Below, piece after piece: positions 19,486 to 29,256 of a stretch of DNA of 64,000 bases. The DNA lies in the IMG/VR virus record IMGVR_UViG_3300034062_008235, positions 1-64,000 of that record; one strand, 5' to 3'. A program made the translations under genes and the position numbers. Positions within the stretch are counted from its first letter, which is position 1. Each line of letters begins with the position of its first letter. The notes beneath the pieces are model-generated. The model had not been told where the DNA came from. It did no database searches and was given only the letters and a program-made list of their open reading frames with translations. This DNA comes from a virus.

Positions 19486-20106
19486 ATGAACAAAAAAAAT
19501 ACAGGTAGAAATTATTGTTGCTTTGCTTGTGATAAAAGTTTTGATGAACTTGATTTACTCAGGTCTCACATTACAACAGATCACAAAGAAGGAGACGATT
19601 ATGTTATTTGTCCTATTTGTACTAGTCCCACAAGGGATTTGATCACACATTACCGATCAAGACATATCGGAGAGACAATACCGCAAGGATCACAAACAAG
19701 GGCATTAATCATCCGTGATATAAAAAAAAAAGGTATATCCAATAAACTAACAACTAAATTTAAACAAGGTAATTTTTATTCTGAGAAAAATAAATGTAAT
19801 ATTTTTTTTAGAAGTGGCTTAGAATTAAAGTTTATTAAACATTTAGAAAAAAATCCAAAAGTAAAAAAATATAAAGCAGAAAGCTTACAAATAGAATATT
19901 TTTTCAATGGTGGTAACCACAATTATATTCCAGATATACTGATTGAATATACTGATGGCAAAATAGAATTATGGGAAATAAAGCCAAAGTCACAAGTAAA
20001 ATGGGACAAAAACATTGCTAAATGGAAAGCAGCAAATATTTACTGCAAAAAAAGAAACTGGGAATTCATTGTAATGACCGAAAATGCTTTGAAAACTTTA
20101 AAATGA
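19486..20106 (+). CDS. C2H2 zinc fingers fused to TnsA-like / T4 gp4-like head-completion nuclease
   Basis: CFAC..F..L..H....H and CPIC..H....H fingers; FRSGLE, YIPD, EIKP, KWKAA and EFIVMTE. Confidence 0.8.
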   Translation: MNKKNTGRNYCCFACDKSFDELDLLRSHITTDHKEGDDYVICPICTSPTRDLITHYRSRHIGETIPQGSQTRALIIRDIKKKGISNKLTTKFKQGNFYSEKNKCNIFFRSGLELKFIKHLEKNPKVKKYKAESLQIEYFFNGGNHNYIPDILIEYTDGKIELWEIKPKSQVKWDKNIAKWKAANIYCKKRNWEFIVMTENALKTLK

Positions 20107-20131
20107 ATCATAAATACAATAGGTGATAAAA
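20098..20131 (+). repeat. 34-bp direct repeat, copy 1 (promoter-like box plus RBS)
   Basis: TTAAAATGAATCATAAATACAATAGGTGATAAAA, identical to 21088-21121. Confidence 0.9.
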
Positions 20132-21091
20132 ATGGAAAATTTTGTTGAATGGTTAAAAATAAAGCATCCACGATATTTTACAGAACAACAAAATGAACAA
20201 GATAATCTGGGATATAGACCTGATGAAATAATAATTCAAAAAAATGTAATACCAAAACAACTGATAAGAAATGCGCAATTTGATACCAATAAATGGGATA
20301 AAGATTTTAATAGATTACAAGACCCTAGTGAAAACCAAAATTCAGGATTTGCAACAATAAAATATTATTTTGACGAACCAGTAAGAATGCTTGTTGTGAA
20401 AAAAGAAGCATTAAAAAGAGTACGACCCAGTGCTGAAGCATATTATATGTCGCTCCAGCACACTGTCGTTTTACCAAATACCATGTTTACTGAACTTCCT
20501 ACTGCTTCATCAGATGGAAAGTTAACACCAGAAGGAGCAGAAGTATTAGCTCACGAATTACGACACTCAACACAACAAGGATTTGTACCAAAGGTAAGAC
20601 AACAAGACTCTAGTTTATCGGGAAAAAAACGTGAAAAAAAATACCATAAAGATCCCAGAGAAATGGGAGTAAGATTAGCTGCAATAAAAAATTACATGAG
20701 CAAAGACGCATTATATGAAATAGCCAATTTATCTACCAAAAACAAATATTATGCAAATAAAATTGTTGAAACTTTACCAGAAGATGAAAAACTAATATTT
20801 TATTTTATTTTGCATCCACAGGAATGGGAACGTCGATCTTTAAAGATAATCAATTCAGAAACAAACAATCCAGATAATCACAAGCTAATTAATTTGATTT
20901 TAAGATCTGTTTTATATGAGATTATAACTAATTTAAGCAAAAGCAATGGTGATGTTAGTGAAATATTAAGTTTTTACAACACTTTGAATGGAGCAGAGAA
21001 GGAAGACTATTATAAAGAACTGATTGGTGCTTATGATCAAGTTGTAAAAAACAACCCACAAAACAATCAATCTGCATTTCAAAAAACTTAA
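20132..21091 (+). CDS. putative zincin metallopeptidase-like protein with CTS-like N-terminus
   Basis: MENFVEWLK; VLAHELRH (HExxH) with downstream YHKDPRE. Confidence 0.65.
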   Translation: MENFVEWLKIKHPRYFTEQQNEQDNLGYRPDEIIIQKNVIPKQLIRNAQFDTNKWDKDFNRLQDPSENQNSGFATIKYYFDEPVRMLVVKKEALKRVRPSAEAYYMSLQHTVVLPNTMFTELPTASSDGKLTPEGAEVLAHELRHSTQQGFVPKVRQQDSSLSGKKREKKYHKDPREMGVRLAAIKNYMSKDALYEIANLSTKNKYYANKIVETLPEDEKLIFYFILHPQEWERRSLKIINSETNNPDNHKLINLILRSVLYEIITNLSKSNGDVSEILSFYNTLNGAEKEDYYKELIGAYDQVVKNNPQNNQSAFQKT

Positions 21092-21121
21092 AATGAATCA
21101 TAAATACAATAGGTGATAAAA
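21088..21121 (+). repeat. 34-bp direct repeat, copy 2
   Basis: Identical to 20098-20131, 990 bp downstream. Confidence 0.9.
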
Positions 21122-21558
21122 TGAAAACATTCCGCAATTGGTTATCTAAAAGGTTTTCTGAGCAAACATATGGTGTTCAACCTCCTAATCCGCAGAGAGG
21201 TTATAATCAATCAGGCAACAATGCTAATGTTGATATTCAAGATCGAGATATACAAAGATTTTCAATAGAAGAATTAGCAAACAAATTCTCTGCGGATAAA
21301 AATAAATTAGATTTAGTTTTAAAGAAAAAAATAGAATTGTCGGGCGGATTGGACAATTTGTTCAGAAAAAATGTATACAACATTTATAAAATAGCAAGCC
21401 TACAAGCTGATGGGCACATATCAAGCTACATAACGCCACAAAAAGCAACAGAATTACTAAAAAGAGAAGATTTAGATAGACACACAAAAAAATACTTAAC
21501 AGTAATCGAACAAAAAGATGCTGTTAAAAATGCGTTGAACAACAGATATAGATTGTAA
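21121..21558 (+). CDS. protein with CTS-like N-terminus
   Basis: MKTFRNWLSKRFSE followed by a Q/N/P-rich tract. Confidence 0.65.
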   Translation: MKTFRNWLSKRFSEQTYGVQPPNPQRGYNQSGNNANVDIQDRDIQRFSIEELANKFSADKNKLDLVLKKKIELSGGLDNLFRKNVYNIYKIASLQADGHISSYITPQKATELLKREDLDRHTKKYLTVIEQKDAVKNALNNRYRL

Positions 21559-21561
21559 ATA

Positions 21562-22194
21562 TTAGTTTTTATAATCTTTTAATTTAAATTTTTCAATTAC
21601 AAATGGAATCAATTGATGTACTATCTTGTCCTCTAAAGACAAAAGACTGCTATCATTTTTTATGTAATAATCAAACATAGGATAATTGCTATCAGCGATA
21701 ATTCCATTTGCGTCTTTATTTCCAAAATAATCTGACACTTCTCCCATAATCTTTTCGCTATCATTTTGATCAGTATTGCGATGGCTGGGACGATCAATAA
21801 GAACAACAATACCATCTTTTTCTTTAATTGCTTTAGCTTCGTTAAGATAACGACCATCTGTGATAATCACGTTTTGCATTTTATTCAAAACTTTGTCGAT
21901 CCATACAGAGTTTTTAACTTTTCTAAATCCATCACCAATCATTTGTAAAGCTTGTCTGACATTCATTGTAAAACCGGGTGGTGGTTCGGGATTTCTTTTC
22001 CATTCTTCAATAAAATCAAAATCAACATCAAAATAATCACAAAATATTTTTTTCACATTATATGCAAAAGCAATTTTTGTAACAAGAGGCTTGTCGTAAT
22101 TAACATATTCCCACAAGCGAGGAGCAAGCATTGCTGCAACTGTGTCTTTGCCAGATGCTGCCTGTCCAAATAAACCAACAATGATGTTTTTCAT
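21562..22194 (-). CDS. deoxynucleoside monophosphate kinase
   Basis: GQAASGKDT, AFA..K, RQALQMIG, ITDGRYLNE and IKND motifs. Confidence 0.88.
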   Translation of the reverse strand: MKNIIVGLFGQAASGKDTVAAMLAPRLWEYVNYDKPLVTKIAFAYNVKKIFCDYFDVDFDFIEEWKRNPEPPPGFTMNVRQALQMIGDGFRKVKNSVWIDKVLNKMQNVIITDGRYLNEAKAIKEKDGIVVLIDRPSHRNTDQNDSEKIMGEVSDYFGNKDANGIIADSNYPMFDYYIKNDSSLLSLEDKIVHQLIPFVIEKFKLKDYKN

Positions 22195-22208
22195 GACTCT
22201 ATTATAGT

Positions 22209-22454
22209 ATGAGCAAGAAAAAATGCAAGAACTGTTTTTGCTTCGATAAAAAAGAAAGTGTTTGCAAGGTGAACATAATTCACGAAGGTAAAAATGTTAA
22301 CATGCCTGTCAATCCCAATGATAAATGTCATTATATAGAATTAGGAGTATCTGTGGATCAAGTCCGCTTTTGGGAAGAAGAGATAAAAGGAGAAAAAATA
22401 ATAAAAATGGAATATCCAGCAAACTTTTTTGGAGACAATTCTGTTAAAGCTTAA
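22209..22454 (+). CDS. small Cys-rich hypothetical protein
   Basis: CKNC..C..C pattern. Confidence 0.6.
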   Translation: MSKKKCKNCFCFDKKESVCKVNIIHEGKNVNMPVNPNDKCHYIELGVSVDQVRFWEEEIKGEKIIKMEYPANFFGDNSVKA

Positions 22455-23073
22455 TATCACGCATTTCTGTCAAGTCATTAAAATGAATCTGATAATTCAT
22501 ATGTGATCCTTTTATTGCTTTCTTCAATTCTCTGTTTATCAAAGTTTCTTTATCGCAACCACCAACAAAAATGACAGATGCCATTCTATTCTTAATGTCG
22601 TCTAATGTTAGAAATCCAAAAATAAAATAATCATGTTTGATTTCAAGTGGAATAAATTCGGTTTGACCATCTTTAGTTCTGTAATAACCAGCTTTAACCA
22701 ATCCTGACTGATACCAAGGTTCTTTATGACTAGTCTTAATATTAATTTTTTTATCATTACGAATAAAATCGTAATCATCACCACCTTCTCGATACATCAT
22801 ATCAACAGGAATATTTTCTAATTTAGCATATCCCATTTCTCCAATTATTCCTGTGCGTTCCGTTTTATAAGGATCTGCATCAGTATTCATCATCCCTCTG
22901 CCCCATTCCCCTTTTTTCTTATTAGCCCACATGTTCTTTGAAAAGTCTACACACATATCGTATTCTTCGCCAACGATATCAACTTTAAAAGCAATCCTTT
23001 CCAAATCTTTGAAAGTATATTTCACCAATTTTGGTTTTGTGCATTTAGGAGTAATCATTGTTCCAGTAGTCAT
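22444..23073 (-). CDS. putative PD-(D/E)xK nuclease-fold protein
   Basis: GIIGE...DDYDF...INIKT spacing resembles restriction-like nucleases. Confidence 0.5.
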   Translation of the reverse strand: MTTGTMITPKCTKPKLVKYTFKDLERIAFKVDIVGEEYDMCVDFSKNMWANKKKGEWGRGMMNTDADPYKTERTGIIGEMGYAKLENIPVDMMYREGGDDYDFIRNDKKINIKTSHKEPWYQSGLVKAGYYRTKDGQTEFIPLEIKHDYFIFGFLTLDDIKNRMASVIFVGGCDKETLINRELKKAIKGSHMNYQIHFNDLTEMRDIKL

Positions 23074-23109
23074 ATACTTCCCTTTAAAGGTTTATCTAAA
23101 GGAGAAAGT

Positions 23110-24894
23110 TTAAACTTTTTTAGAATGAAACCTTTGTTTTAAACCAACAAAGAAGTTAGGTTCGCATTTCCATTGACAAATTTTTGATACCATATTCAAA
23201 CAGGCACAAATTCTTCCAAAATCTTTTGCAATAGCTGGAATTAATGGAGATAACAATCCAGTTGATCTTTTGTTAAGCATGCAGTAATAAAGGTAACCAA
23301 TCTTAATTGCGCTTGACTCAATAAAACTATTGCCAATTAATTCCTGAATTCTATCTGTGTATTGCCTACAAAACATTTTTTCATCTTCAGTAATAAATGA
23401 TTTGGCATTTGATGGTATAAGCGAAAGATAATAAGTCACAAGAGAATCTTTTCTCAAAGAGCTTCCAAAATAACGAGAAAAATTCTTTACCCAAACATTA
23501 AGATCATAAGGATCAATAAAAAACAAAACGCTTGGAATGCCTAGCTTTCTTATCTTGTAAATTCCTTCAACAACCTCGACAAATTTCATTTTCACAAGGC
23601 AATCTAAAGTGTTTTTCAAATAATTTGATTTCATTTTATCTGAACAAGCACCATAAGTGTTATCTAAAATGTTCCATATTTTATCAAAAGTTAATTTTTT
23701 CTCTAAATAAATCAAAGCAAGAAGATGACTAGCAAGTTTGTGATATTCTAAATCATTATTTAACACAAATAATTTTGAAACAACATTATCAACTTTCTTG
23801 TATTGGTCAATCAAAGTAATTTTGTTGTTAGGAAAAAATATATAAGCATCACCTTGTTGATCAATTCCTTTTCTGCCACTGCGACCAACCATCTGAAATA
23901 TTTCAGATTTATCAACAAGTTGATTGCCTCTTACTACACCAGCAATGATTACCCTTCTAGCAGGCAGGTTTACACCCGCAGCAAGAGTACTTGTTGCAAC
24001 AAGCACTCTTAATGAACCTTCTTTGAATTCTTGCTCTAGCGCCTTTCTTTTGCCTGCTGCGAGGTCTGCTGAATGGAACTTAGCTTCTAAACCTTTCTCT
24101 CCAATATATTTGATAAATCGTTTGCCTAGATTCTTTGAATGCACAAACACGAGTATTTTGTCAGACATGTATTTTTCACAAATTTTAAAAATAGAATCAA
24201 ACATATCAAGAGGATTTCCTCCTTGATTCATAGAAGTGTCATATCTTCTATAATGGATGTTAAGAGGAACTGCTCTGTATTTTGAATCAAGGATAATTGT
24301 TTGTTTTTTATTTAAAATTGTTATCCAATCTGCAATTTGATCAACATTAGGCAATGTCCCGCTCAAAAATACAATTTTTGCATTATTTTTCCTTGCGAAT
24401 GCTGATAAAGAAAATTCAAGTGTAGCCCCTCTATCATCCATTCCAAGCATATGAGCTTCATCAACAATAATTAATTCGACATCAGGGAAACAATCTGATT
24501 CAGTTCTAACCTTATGGCAAAAACTTTCAATTGTTGCGATTATAAGATTACCAATCGTTGTTTTCTCTTCGTCTCCAGACATAAGACGTATTTTACTTTT
24601 GTTAAAGGGATGTAATTCGTTAGACCATTCGCTGTATTTTTCTGATGCGAGGGATTTAAGAGGACAAAGATAAATTGCTTTTTTGTTTTTTCCAACAAGA
24701 ACGTCAAAAAGGAAAAATTCTGCCATAATAGTTTTTCCGCTATTAGTGGCAGAAGCTATTATAAAATTCTTATCATCTTGATAATGTTCTAATATTGAAC
24801 TTTGAACAACATTGAATTTGTCAAAAGGATATTGATAATAGTGAAATGAAGATGAATCTTTTTCAGGCGTTTCTTTAATATGAATAGGTAGCAT
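23110..24894 (-). CDS. Ski2/Hel308-like SF2 helicase
   Basis: ATNSGKT, PLKSLASE, DEAH, SGT, FHSADL, ATSTLAAGVNLPA and QMVGRSGR motifs. Confidence 0.9.
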   Translation of the reverse strand: MLPIHIKETPEKDSSSFHYYQYPFDKFNVVQSSILEHYQDDKNFIIASATNSGKTIMAEFFLFDVLVGKNKKAIYLCPLKSLASEKYSEWSNELHPFNKSKIRLMSGDEEKTTIGNLIIATIESFCHKVRTESDCFPDVELIIVDEAHMLGMDDRGATLEFSLSAFARKNNAKIVFLSGTLPNVDQIADWITILNKKQTIILDSKYRAVPLNIHYRRYDTSMNQGGNPLDMFDSIFKICEKYMSDKILVFVHSKNLGKRFIKYIGEKGLEAKFHSADLAAGKRKALEQEFKEGSLRVLVATSTLAAGVNLPARRVIIAGVVRGNQLVDKSEIFQMVGRSGRKGIDQQGDAYIFFPNNKITLIDQYKKVDNVVSKLFVLNNDLEYHKLASHLLALIYLEKKLTFDKIWNILDNTYGACSDKMKSNYLKNTLDCLVKMKFVEVVEGIYKIRKLGIPSVLFFIDPYDLNVWVKNFSRYFGSSLRKDSLVTYYLSLIPSNAKSFITEDEKMFCRQYTDRIQELIGNSFIESSAIKIGYLYYCMLNKRSTGLLSPLIPAIAKDFGRICACLNMVSKICQWKCEPNFFVGLKQRFHSKKV

Positions 24895-24901
24895 GTTTAT
24901 T

Positions 24902-24929
24902 ATTATATGTGTTCAATAATTTATGTCAA
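24902..24929 (-). promoter_or_regulatory. sigma70-type promoter, likely giving a leaderless transcript
   Basis: TTGACA-N16-TATAAT-N7-ATG with no SD. Confidence 0.7.
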
Positions 24930-24932
24930 ATT

Positions 24933-24964
24933 AAAAAAGTAGCCCTCCAATTAAGGAGGGCTAC
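24933..24964 (-). terminator. intrinsic terminator
   Basis: GTAGCCCTCC/GGAGGGCTAC 10-bp stem followed by T6 on the minus strand. Confidence 0.85.
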
Positions 24965-24989
24965 GGTTCCAAACCCTGAAATCACCCCC

Positions 24990-25298
24990 TTAGAGCGGGT
25001 TTAGAACTGGGTCTGTAATTTTCCTGCGTTTGACCTCATTAAATACTAAACCAGTAAAATCTTCTAAGTTTGAATGAAAAGTTGACGAACATTCTGTGTT
25101 GATAAAATACTCATTAATTTCTGTAAACTTTTTAGAGATCAAATCAAAAACCTGTGACAAATCATCTTGATAACGATGTAGCAGTCTCGTATAGATGTAT
25201 GTCAAATCGTGATCATTCATTTTAACAAAAAACGTAAAAACTTTTTTCACGGTCAAATCCTCAGATAATTTAGAAACCCAATTTAAATTAGTTATCAA
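24990..25298 (-). CDS. hypothetical protein
   Basis: ORF in a co-oriented cluster. Confidence 0.55.
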   Translation of the reverse strand: MITNLNWVSKLSEDLTVKKVFTFFVKMNDHDLTYIYTRLLHRYQDDLSQVFDLISKKFTEINEYFINTECSSTFHSNLEDFTGLVFNEVKRRKITDPVLNPL

Positions 25299-25609
25299 AC
25301 AACATTTATTGAACGAACTTTGTTACCTTCGTTGTCAATAAATTTATCATCTAAAACAACTGCTTTATCATCATCTTCACAACGAATACCAATGTTGTAT
25401 TTGTCCATGATTGTTGTTCTTGAATCATTATTAACAATAACATAACAATAATTTTTTGATTTAGTACTATTACCGGAATCGTCTTCATTAGTGATTCCTA
25501 TCTCAATTAAAAAATCATCAGGTAAATTCAACTGTATTGTTCCATACTTCTCTAAATGTTTTATAATTGATGATTGAATCCTGCTGGTGGATGGCTTCTG
25601 ATTTATCAT
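25295..25609 (-). CDS. hypothetical protein
   Basis: ORF in a co-oriented cluster. Confidence 0.6.
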   Translation of the reverse strand: MINQKPSTSRIQSSIIKHLEKYGTIQLNLPDDFLIEIGITNEDDSGNSTKSKNYCYVIVNNDSRTTIMDKYNIGIRCEDDDKAVVLDDKFIDNEGNKVRSINVV

Positions 25610-25670
25610 AATTTTTCAGCATATTATTGCTGCTCCAGAGGAACTTTAATATTTATCGCAACAGACTGTA

Positions 25671-26162
25671 TTATTCTATAAATGCTGGTATGTCTTTTAT
25701 TAAATAATAATCATGTCCCAAAAAACTTTTGTCTATACAACTGCCTTTTTTAGGCGAAAGACTAACACCTTCTTCATCGTACATTTTATTCCAACAATAA
25801 ATAAACTTGCTTGGTGTAAGAATTTGTGTCAAAATTATATTTTCATTGCCAAAAAATGCTATCGCTATTTTAAAAGAAACAACAAATGGCAAAAAATATA
25901 AATCTTGTGACCATATTTGCAAAGTTTCAATTACATTTTTTTGATCTTCAAAGTAGTCTGTTTCAACAGAATTAAAATAAAATTGCACATCATAACCATC
26001 ACAATTAAACAACCAAGTTTTGAAATCCTTGGTTGATAATTCTATATCTGGATTACCTTTCAAAGAAGAGTATTCTTGTAAAACGTAACCCATTAATCTG
26101 CCATACTTTACTGCTTCTTTCAATCCATTAACACGATTTACAGTTATATTCTCATCCATCAT
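25671..26162 (-). CDS. hypothetical protein
   Basis: ORF overlapping the upstream gene. Confidence 0.6.
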   Translation of the reverse strand: MMDENITVNRVNGLKEAVKYGRLMGYVLQEYSSLKGNPDIELSTKDFKTWLFNCDGYDVQFYFNSVETDYFEDQKNVIETLQIWSQDLYFLPFVVSFKIAIAFFGNENIILTQILTPSKFIYCWNKMYDEEGVSLSPKKGSCIDKSFLGHDYYLIKDIPAFIE

Positions 26163-26628
26163 TTCGCCCCTCTAAGCGATACATCCCTCTCTTCAAACGA
26201 ACGCAGTTATATCCATCTGATTCAAGCTCTTGACGAGCAAGCTTAAAATTATTGTTTAAACCCGGAACAGAATAATTGAAATTTGAAAACATTTTACATA
26301 TCTGCGAAAAAGAAATTTCTTTCTTGTCAAGTATAGTTTCTTTAATTTTATTGCGGATATAACGAGAAGATTTATCTTTTGTCATGTTGTTTTCAGGTAG
26401 TTCTGAAGCATCGTTAGGTATTGCAATATTATTTTTAATGTAATTAGAATCACAAAATATATTTGCAATTTCTTCTAGATTGACAACATCTTGAGCATCA
26501 TCGATTTTACATGCTTCAACTTTAATGTTGAAGCAATCAACAAACTCTGACAAGGACAACAAATTGTTGTAGCTTGTTACAATATTCTTGCCATCAGGAC
26601 ATTTAAGTACAACATAAGAAGGAGTCAT
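26152..26628 (-). CDS. hypothetical protein, possible C-terminal winged helix
   Basis: Helical region ending RLKRGMYRL; lies directly downstream of recA. Confidence 0.55.
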   Translation of the reverse strand: MTPSYVVLKCPDGKNIVTSYNNLLSLSEFVDCFNIKVEACKIDDAQDVVNLEEIANIFCDSNYIKNNIAIPNDASELPENNMTKDKSSRYIRNKIKETILDKKEISFSQICKMFSNFNYSVPGLNNNFKLARQELESDGYNCVRLKRGMYRLEGRNDG

Positions 26629-26642
26629 AATGTTCCCTTAAA

Positions 26643-27848
26643 TCAGCCTAAAAGATCATCAACTTCCATATCAGCTTCATCGCCAACATCAACGACTTCG
26701 CCAGCGACTTTATAATTTATCACATCTGCATATAACTGCAAATAAGATTTCATTTGCTCTTCTGTAGCATCCAATATTTGTGAATACTGTTCTGCAATCT
26801 CAACAGGAATATCATTTCTTTCCATTGAAGATTTGAATTTAACTTCTGATCCATTGGTAAAATCAGGGTTTATAGTAAAATTTCCTGCGCCGCCTGATAT
26901 TACCCTTCCTGCATCAAGCAGTGCTCCTAAAGCACCACCCAATGGATTCATTCCTCTGTCAAAATAAAGAGGAATGTTGTCAACCTCAACGAAAGGTCTA
27001 TAAGACCTATTTTTCTTATTTTGGATTTTGATGTTAATGCCAAGAATCTTTTTCTTAGCCATGCCGGGGACATTTTGTTCAATCTTCTTTTGAGTTTGAC
27101 TACGCATTCTTAACGAAGCGTAAAATGGCAATCCTTGTCCCCCTCCAGCAGTAGTTTCGGGATTACCGTAAAGAACACCAATTTTATCACGGATCTGATT
27201 GAGGACCACAACTGTAACATCATTCTGCTCCATTTCAGTGTTAAGTTTTCTCAGTTCTTTAGAACAAATCTTTGCTCGTTCACCGGGCTGTTCATTACCA
27301 CCAACAATACGCTTGAAATCAGCCTTGCTATATCCTTCAGGAAGCTTTGTTTCTCTAAATTCTCTAGCACTAGGCGATACTGAAATTGAATCATAAACAA
27401 TACAAATCGGCACTTCAATTTTCTTTGTTTTGCGGATATAATTAATAACACGATACATTGTGCTAAAACAGTCTTCTAATGTTTCAGGAGTGTATCTTAC
27501 AAGCTTAGTAATATCGCATTTAGTAGCATTTTGTATAAATTCGCCATTAATAGCATTCTCTGTATCGAGAATAACTCCAATGCCGCCCATGCGCTGAACA
27601 CCAGCAAGAATGTTTGCGCCAATAAGACTTTTACTTGATGCCGATGGACCATAAATTTCGCTTAAACGTCCACCGGGAATGCCTCCACCATAAAACTTGC
27701 CAGAGCAACAATAATTAATGGCAAAATTGCCTGTATCTATAAAATATCTTGCTTGATCAAGTTCTGATACTAACTCTGCGCCAGTTGCGCTTGCAATATC
27801 GGTGAATAAATTATCAAGGGAAGCTGAATCTTTCTTTTGACGAGCCAT
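26643..27848 (-). CDS. recA: RecA/UvsX recombinase
   Basis: GGIPGGRLSEIYGPSASSKS, DTE, VYDS, LNQIRDKIG and GGQGLPFYASLR; start MARQ after GGAG. Confidence 0.93.
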   Translation of the reverse strand: MARQKKDSASLDNLFTDIASATGAELVSELDQARYFIDTGNFAINYCCSGKFYGGGIPGGRLSEIYGPSASSKSLIGANILAGVQRMGGIGVILDTENAINGEFIQNATKCDITKLVRYTPETLEDCFSTMYRVINYIRKTKKIEVPICIVYDSISVSPSAREFRETKLPEGYSKADFKRIVGGNEQPGERAKICSKELRKLNTEMEQNDVTVVVLNQIRDKIGVLYGNPETTAGGGQGLPFYASLRMRSQTQKKIEQNVPGMAKKKILGINIKIQNKKNRSYRPFVEVDNIPLYFDRGMNPLGGALGALLDAGRVISGGAGNFTINPDFTNGSEVKFKSSMERNDIPVEIAEQYSQILDATEEQMKSYLQLYADVINYKVAGEVVDVGDEADMEVDDLLG

Positions 27849-27894
27849 GCCAAACTCCATGCAGAACAATGTGACTCAAACTAATAGAGTATTA

Positions 27895-27931
27895 AAACAA
27901 AAAAACAGGAAGCTTTTTTAAGCTTCCTGTT
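27895..27931 (-). terminator. intrinsic terminator after SSB
   Basis: AACAGGAAGCTT/AAGCTTCCTGTT 12-bp stem with a minus-strand T tract. Confidence 0.8.
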
Positions 27932-27955
27932 AGATATTTCAAGTCTACTTAAGTA

Positions 27956-28900
27956 TTATCGTTTACCAAAACCAATGTTGCCTAACTGAGCTTCTATGTC
28001 CTCGTCAATCATATCATCAACACCATCCAAAGAACTTTCTTCAATCTTTGATGTTGAAGGCTTTGATGATGTCATCTTTGATGATGTCACTTGAGGTTTT
28101 GGTTGTAATTCACCTTCACCAATAAAACTTTTCAAAGCTTCTTCTATCTGATCGATAGTAAGATAATTAGGAATTGCTTCCAAATCGTGGTACTTAGTCA
28201 ACCAAGATTTAATCTGATCACCACTACCAAGAACAGAAGGATCTTCAAAGAAAGATTGATCGTAATTCGGATAACCATTAGGTCCACGAACAACTTTCAC
28301 AATCTTGAAGTCTCGACCATTCTGATAATGCGAAACATCTCCTAAACCTTTCTTGCCAGTAGTTTCATTACCTGACATAGAAACCCAAATAAGATTATGA
28401 ACGGTCTTCCCAATACTAAGAATCTTGGGACCAACATTAGTTTCAATCTGGTTGGTCTTAGGATTTAACTGAGAACGAACAATGCAGTTGTAGTAATACC
28501 TTTCAATTGGCTTAATAGAACGAGCATCATCTTGAAGCTTCTTAGCACGATCAGCAGGCATCTTCTTGGACTTCTCCCACATTGCATTATATTCTTTGCA
28601 AATAGGGCACTCAGTTTCAGGACTAACTGTCCGCCACTGTTCTCCTCTAGGAGTCTGCACTAATTTTTTAGTACAAAAAATTGTTTTGGAATTAGGGTAT
28701 TCGCCAAGCCGATGTATGCGAACCGCATGAAAGAATGGCTTGTTTTTAAGCTTAGGAAGAAGCCTGAGTAAAACAAATCCATCCTTCTCTGGCATGCGAA
28801 CATAATCATCATTCGCACTACCACCAGCTTCTTTATTAAGCCTGCTAGCCTCTTTGCGAATATCGTTCATATCTAACGTATCAAATTCATAGTCTGCCAT
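27956..28900 (-). CDS. gp32-like single-stranded DNA binding protein
   Basis: LRLLP, H..C..CPIC Zn site, RYYYN, GRDFKIVK, YPNYDQS and an acidic tail. Confidence 0.88.
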   Translation of the reverse strand: MADYEFDTLDMNDIRKEASRLNKEAGGSANDDYVRMPEKDGFVLLRLLPKLKNKPFFHAVRIHRLGEYPNSKTIFCTKKLVQTPRGEQWRTVSPETECPICKEYNAMWEKSKKMPADRAKKLQDDARSIKPIERYYYNCIVRSQLNPKTNQIETNVGPKILSIGKTVHNLIWVSMSGNETTGKKGLGDVSHYQNGRDFKIVKVVRGPNGYPNYDQSFFEDPSVLGSGDQIKSWLTKYHDLEAIPNYLTIDQIEEALKSFIGEGELQPKPQVTSSKMTSSKPSTSKIEESSLDGVDDMIDEDIEAQLGNIGFGKR

Positions 28901-28965
28901 TGCAACTGCCTTTCTGGGTGTATCTCACACCACACTGCTATAAAGCTCTACCTGCTTTACTAAGG

Positions 28966-29256
28966 TTACACCATTGGTGTTCCGCTATTATCGCCTAAAG
29001 GAGTGTTGTTGTCAACATTTTTGTCCTGTTCAGCCAATAATTTTTCCATCTGCTCGATTATTTTAAGATTATGCTCCAATCGTTGCGTAATCTCTTCTCT
29101 GCTTAAATATTTAGATTCTCTACTCTCAAATTCTTTCTCTAACATTTTTTCTTCTTTTTTAGCTTTCCTGAATTCTTCCCTGCGAACGAGGACTCTTTTT
29201 CGAGCTTCGACTTTCTTTGCTTTCTTCTTTTGATCACTTTTTCTTTGACTGCTCAT
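28966..29256 (-). CDS. basic coiled-coil hypothetical protein
   Basis: K/R/E-rich ORF coupled to its neighbours. Confidence 0.6.
   Translation of the reverse strand: MSSQRKSDQKKKAKKVEARKRVLVRREEFRKAKKEEKMLEKEFESRESKYLSREEITQRLEHNLKIIEQMEKLLAEQDKNVDNNTPLGDNSGTPMV

Noticed and set aside
19486-20106. Tn7-like transposon
   Set aside because: No TnsB/TnsC or terminal repeats; the TnsA-like fold also occurs in phage nucleases.
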